14,048 nucleotides of DNA, from positions 1 through 14,048 of the forward strand of contig JBJCIZ010000597.1 of NCBI GenBank assembly GCA_051294375.1. The letters run 5' to 3'. Positions 9,218 through 14,048 of this stretch are shown here, piece by piece. The stretch comes from Paraspadella gotoi. Its lineage: Eukaryota; Animalia; Chaetognatha. The translations under genes were made by a program, and so were the position numbers. The notes under the pieces were generated by a model, which ran no database searches, was not told the DNA's origin, and saw only the letters and a program-made list of their open reading frames with translations. Position 1 is the stretch's first letter. Each line of letters starts with the position of its first letter.

Positions 9218-9477
9218 AATAAAGAAGAAAAGTTGGCAAGGACAGACAATGGCAGGTATCTTATCTTGAGATTAATTAGTAGATTTTTATTCTTCATAGA
9301 TTCACATCTAATTTAAACCAAAAACATCTAGTTTTACTCTTATAAACAAACTTTACTGTGCGGAATTTTAAAAACAAAATTGTTTTTGAAACTAGAGAGA
9401 TTACCTGCGAGCGACTTACACGTCTACCGTAATGTTAACTTGCTCATGATTTTTTAAACAAGTCGATTTTCTTTAGA

Positions 9478-9495
9478 CTCTCTCCTCCTCTCTCT

Positions 9496-9543
<48 letters not shown>

Positions 9544-9564
9544 CCTCTCTCTCTCTCTCTTCTC
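9478..9564 (+). repeat. (CT)n microsatellite
   Basis: About 85 bp of ctctct. Confidence 0.95.
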
Positions 9565-9756
9565 ATGCCGTCGTCCTTTGTCTAATGTTCTGGTCTTCAC
9601 CGTCGTCAGCCCTTGTCGTCTTCTTCAAGCGAAGTGAGATTAAAATGCGAAATTCATCTTACAAAACCAAATATATAAACAAATTTAGTCAATAATTTGG
9701 TAAATTATGTTGTTTACTCTGATCACCGATTTCCATTTGAAGTAGGAGTCGGGATA

Positions 9757-9875
9757 CTAATAAATAATTAATGAATTCCAATTAGTTATTAGTTGATCAA
9801 TTGGTTATGATTTAATCATTGATTAGATTGACCGATCTTATTTATGATTGATTGATTGATTTATAATTCTGATTG
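9757..9875 (+). repeat. Degenerate (GATT)n microsatellite (AATC on minus strand)
   Basis: tgattgattgattgatt at ~9845-9861. Confidence 0.8.
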
Positions 9876-9973
9876 CATCACACGGCTCGGATGGACCGGA
9901 ATCCCTAACCAAAAGTGTCAACACGACGATCTTGTTGATTTATTGTGAAAGTGAGAAACTGTAAGATCTAATC

Positions 9974-10042
9974 CTTTTTAATTGCACGGCGCAACTTAAA
10001 AGTCACTTTTCGATCGGTCGGTCGGTCTGTTTGTCGTGTATC
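9974..10042 (+). mobile_element. Helentron/DINE-1(HINE)-like 5' head: T-run, short hairpin, (GGTC)n-type microsatellite
   Basis: tttttaaTTGCacggcGCAActtaaaagtcacttttcgatcggtcggtcggtctgtttgtc. The architecture resembles the 5' ends of invertebrate non-autonomous Helentrons. No family identified. Confidence 0.35.
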
Positions 10043-10185
10043 TGTTAATACTTTACTCGTATGAATACGAAGTAAACTTAGTTTATATTTAGTAAGAAGG
10101 TGGAGGCGCATATGACATTTAACGTGCATGTGTATGATACTCGTTAAGTCACCTTAAAAGCGGTCATATCGTAACCAAAAATCAT

Positions 10186-10212
10186 TGTATTTGTATTTGT
10201 GTTTGTATTTGT
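10186..10212 (+). repeat. (GTATTT)n hexamer microsatellite
   Basis: tgtatttgtatttgtgtttgtatttgt. Confidence 0.85.
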
Positions 10213-10379
10213 TTCATTCAGAAAACTGTCCTTAAGACCCAGGGCTTAAATGCTGCTTAAATTCGTTGCTCTTTTGTTATTTTTTTTCGATTAACGACTG
10301 CTTAAAGCGGTTACTGTCCTTGCAGGATCGACCAGCCAGGATCTGGGGATAAAAGAATAGAGCATCAAAGACCGGTATT

Positions 10380-12472
10380 TTAACAGCAGAATTTTTTTCG
10401 GTGCAGGACTTGATTGATTGCTCTCAAAGGTATTTCTTTACAGCAGGATTAATTTTCGTGGCAGGACAAATAAAATGATTTTGGTCGGATTTTCGTGGCA
10501 GGAATGAGTTTTTGCTGGCAGGACAGTCATTTTTTGAAGCAAAGCTTGGGAAATCTTATTAGCAAGATTTTTTTTTTCACAGCAGGATTTATATCGTTCT
10601 TGTTTGGTCAGGATTCTTTCTACTTAATAATTTTTTTGCATGGCAATGGGCAGACAGTCATTTTTTGAACAAAAGCTTAGAAAATCTTATTTAACAGGAT
10701 TTTTTTTCTCACAGCAGATATTAATCTTTCGTTGGAGGACTATTTTACTAAAAATATTAAAAGGGGTTTTTTGTGGCAGATTTTTTTTGTTTCTCTGGCA
10801 GGAACAGTTTATTTTTTTAAAACAAAATCCAAAAGAAATCTTATAGCAGGATTTTTTCTTTCTCCACAGACAGGATTAATTTCTTTTTGGCAGGATTATT
10901 TTACTAAAAGAATGAAAGGGGATTTTTCTATGGCAGGAATGATTTTTTGCTGTGCAGGAACAGTCATTTTCAAACCAAAAATTCTGAGGAAATCTTTTTG
11001 GCAGGATTTGTTCTCACAGCAGGAATTTCTGTGTGGCAGTGAATTTTTTTACCAAATAATAAAGGGGATTTTTTCATGGCAGATGATTTTTTGCTGGCAG
11101 GAACAGTGAATTTTTTGAAGCAAACAGCTTAGGAAATATTATTAGGGCAGGATTTTTTTTTCTCACAGAGGATTAATTTCTTTGGCGGATTATTTACCTA
11201 AAAAATGAAAGGGGGATTTTTCATGGGCAGGTATGATTTTTTGCTGGCAGAACAAGTCATTTTTCAAAGAAAATCGGTAGGAAATTCTTGGCAGGATTTT
11301 TTCTTTACAGCAGAAAGATAATGCTGATTGGGCAGGACTATTTTACTAAAAATATTTAAAGGGGATTTTACATGCAGAAATGATTTTTGCTGCAGGACAG
11401 TCATTTTTCAAACAAAATCTTAAGGGACAATCTTTTATGGCAGGATATTTGTTTCTCCGTAGCAAGGAATAATTTCTGTTGGCAGGACTTTTTTTTACTA
11501 AAAATATTAAAGGGGAATTTCACTAGCAGGAATGACTTTTGCTGGCAGGCAACAGTCATTTTTTCAAACAAATCCAAGGAAATTTCAATTGAGCAGGATT
11601 TTTTTCTTTACCAGCAGGAATAATTTCTGTTGGCAGGACTTACTAAAATATTCCAAAGGGGATTTTTCATTGGCAGGAATGACTTTTTTTGCTGCAGGAA
11701 CAGTGAATTTTTTTTATACAAAAAGGTTTAGGAAATCCTTTTTTAGCAGGATTTTTTTTCACAGCATGATTCAATTTCTTGTTGGCAGGACTATTTTACT
11801 GAAAATATTAAAGGGATTTTTCAATAGCAGGAATGATTTTTTTCTGGCAGGACAGTCATTTGTCAAACAAATCATTCAGGACAATGTGCCTTTTGGTGCA
11901 AGATTTCTCTTTCTGACCAAAAACAAAAAAAAACAGGATATATATATGATGCAGACTATTTACTAAAATATTATAAAGGGTATCAGTTCCTCTTCCCTCG
12001 TTATGATTGATATATTTATCTCTTTTTCGCTGCTCATTACGAGAACACGTCATTTGTCCCATACGTATACACAATCGTTTCAAGAGTGAAAATCTTGTCT
12101 CTTAGTTTTGGCAGATTTTTCTCTCAAGACAGAGGTGAATAATTTGTTGTTGGCTAGAGACTATTTTACTAAAGTAAAAATATATTAAACGGGGACTATT
12201 CGATGGCATGGAATAGACCTTTTGCTGGCAGGAACAGTCATTTTTACAAACAAAATCTATAAGGAAATCCTCAATTAATGCAGGATTTTTGTCATGACCA
12301 GCAGGAGCAGATAAAATATTCGGGTGGCAGACTATCATTTACTAAAATATTATTAAAGGAATAACTTATTTCATGGCAGCAATGAATGTTTTGCTGGCAG
12401 GACAGTCATTTTATCGAACAAAAATTCATGAGCAATCATTTTATGGAAGGTGTTTATTCTCACCAAGCAGGA
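10380..12472. repeat. ~150 bp satellite array, ~14 copies, five GCAGGA sub-motifs per unit
   Basis: The anchor (g)gactattttactaaaa recurs at about 10737, 10893, 11187, 11335, 11485, 11636, 11788, 11954, 12160 and 12330. Consensus approx. GGCAGGACTATTTTACTAAAATATTAAAGGGGATTTTTCAT-GGCAGGAATGATTTTTTGCT-GGCAGGACAGTCATTTTTCAAACAAAATCTTAGGAAATCTTTT-AGCAGGATTTTTTTCTCAC-AGCAGGAATAATTTCTGTT. Confidence 0.96.
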
Positions 12473-13119
12473 TATACATCTCCAAACAAACGTCGATACT
12501 GTTTTAAAAGATCGTTTATGGCGAATCGAAAAGAATCTATACCGGCCGTCCGAACTCGTTTTTTCGTGTTTTTTCTATTCTTTTTGAGTACCTATGAATC
12601 AACGCGATCCCGTTCAAAGTAACCTAGATTATCCATACAACACTATTTGCAATAACGAAATAAAAAATAACTACTGGAGTTTCAACTTCAACAAATTCAT
12701 TATTTTTTTAAAATATCTTTTAAGGTTTGTATTTTAAATATGTTAAATGAAACGTTGATCTGACAAAAAATTTACCTTTAGATTAAAATATCATTTTTTA
12801 AAGATATAAAGTATTGCAGTTGGTAAAATATTGGTAAAATATTAGGAATTGTGAGTGAACCGACAAGACTTCATATTAAAAGTATTTGGCGCTTCCATTT
12901 CCTGCGGTTTTTGATTAAATTATGATTAGTGAGAAAAATAATCAAGAGAAAAATACTACAAAAAAAATTTAAAAGTTATTCAAAGAAAAAATAATAATTT
13001 GGGTCGTAGAATTTAAAATTTATCCTGAATAAATGATTTGATATAATATTTAATCAATTTTTCTAGGAAAAAACACTTTTTTATATAACATAATATTTAT
13101 TTTTCTTTTACTCAAATAG

Positions 13120-13672
13120 TTTCATTTATTTGAGTTATATCCTAATTTTGTCGGAATTGAGGATTTGATGGAAACATTTTGAAAAAGAGAAGGCATAATC
13201 AGTCAGCGATGGAGGAAGAATCAGAACAAGAAAGTAAGACAATGAATATTCTTTGATTTTAATAGATATAAACTTATTTAAACAAACTGCCAATAGCGGT
13301 TGTTGGTAAGGCACTATCTTCTGAAAGTGCCCCATTTCGTCCCTAAATTTAATTTTAAACCTTCTAAATTTATAAGACAATCTCCAAACTGGATCAACCA
13401 AAAATGAATGCTTAAATTTGTATTTAGATGGTAATTTGGTGCCTTGTGAATATGAACAAAATTCATGCAATAGCTCCTTCGAAACTTTATCGGTTACTTC
13501 ACAAGACTCTGACAGCAATAATGATTCTTTTGAAACATTATCCATTGTATCGGACGCGCCAACGATCCCATATGAATATGAACACAACTATCAAGATGAA
13601 ATTATTGATAAAGCAGAGATGACAGAAGTGTACACTCATAACTTCAAACCTCCTTCAATCATGGATATCCAA
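13120..13672 (+). CDS. Exon of the SAM-domain protein gene; acidic/Ser-rich, probably disordered region
   Basis: The frame is open 13376-13672 (..TGSTKNECLNLYLDGNLVPCEYEQN..KPPSIMDIQ) and ends at the phase-0 donor caa|GTaaaa. The 5' part from the acceptor-like ttttcttttactcaaatAG (13119) reads as protein-like only with several frameshifts, so the 5' boundary is uncertain. Confidence 0.65.
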
Positions 13673-13909
13673 GTAAAAAAAAATTGTTTAAATTTAAGTT
13701 TAAATTTCTTATTGTAAATGATAATAACTTACGAAAATTTTTACGAATTAAAATTGTGTGATTGAGCTGGATATAAAATTAAATAAAAAAAGGAGTTTTA
13801 ATGGAAAAAAAACATAAGTCACGTTTACTTGAATATTTTTACTTATATTACCTCATAATTACTCTAATTGACCAAAATTTCTTTAAAAATATGTCGAATG
13901 TTTTTTCAG
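13673..13909 (+). other. Spliceosomal GT-AG intron (237 bp)
   Basis: GTaaaa at 13673; ttttttcAG ending at 13909; very AT-rich; phase 0 joins ..SIMDIQ to EIDNWL.. Confidence 0.75.
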
Positions 13910-14043
13910 GAAATAGATAATTGGCTAACATTTTTGGGTCTTCCTCAATATTCCTCAATATTTAAAAATGTTGATCAAGAAACTCATAAGTTTATGACTG
14001 TGAGAGATTTACAAAAACTTGGAGTAAAAAATGCATTACATAG
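13910..14043 (+). CDS. Exon encoding a SAM (sterile alpha motif) domain, truncated by the window edge
   Basis: EIDNWLTFLGLPQYSSIFKNVDQETHKFMTVRDLQKLGVKNALH(R) fits the SAM pattern WL..LGL.QY...F........[LM]T..DL..LG[IV]....HR. Bounded by an AG acceptor and ag|GTaaa donor at 14044. Confidence 0.88.
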
Positions 14044-14048
14044 GTAAA

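Larger units (their letters stand above)
9109..9573. mobile_element. Candidate fold-back/MITE-like element with microsatellite arms
   Basis: Outer IR cgaaggcgtgaga 9109-9121 / tctcatgccgtcg 9561-9573 (11/13). Arms (AG)n ~9117-9217 / (CT)n ~9478-9564. TAAAGAA 9220-9226 / TTCTTTA 9469-9475. Inner GCAGGTATCT 9252-9261 / AGATTACCTGC 9398-9408. Confidence 0.35.

Noticed and set aside
7984-9316. RE-rich and SL-rich ORFs (7984..8232, 9077..9316, 9097..9297)
   Set aside because: They are translations of (AG/CT)n microsatellites.
10380-12472. CRISPR-like array or coding ORFs (10640..10846, 10732..11109, 11387..11623, 11532..11966 etc.)
   Set aside because: Sequence between the GCAGGA boxes repeats every ~150 bp. 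The ORFs are Phe/Lys-rich read-throughs of A/T tracts in shifting frames.
13135-13587. 150-aa minus-strand ORF
   Set aside because: It is antisense to the + strand exon, which has splice-phase, synonymous-repeat and SAM-domain support.

Overview
AT-rich, intron-containing eukaryotic DNA that looks like raw or poorly polished long-read sequence, with scattered single-base indels in repeats and exons. No prokaryotic operon, rRNA, tRNA or CRISPR array is recognisable. The window runs as follows: a degenerate ~47-48 bp tandem array (~690-1870); a mosaic middle (~1900-10350) of short unique or GC-richer blocks separated by (AATC)n, (ATC)n, (GAAT)n and (AG/CT)n microsatellites, including fold-back structures; a ~150 bp satellite of ~14 copies (~10380-12470) preceded by a Helentron/DINE-like head; and part of a spliced + strand gene whose last visible exon (13910-14043) encodes a SAM (sterile alpha motif) domain. 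Most ORFs in the supplied track are repeat artefacts. I cannot demonstrate a new biological system. The best leads are a cryptic 13-aa peptide conserved in two copies with mostly synonymous differences, a microsatellite-armed fold-back element, a possibly coding hairpin minisatellite, and a Helentron-associated satellite.
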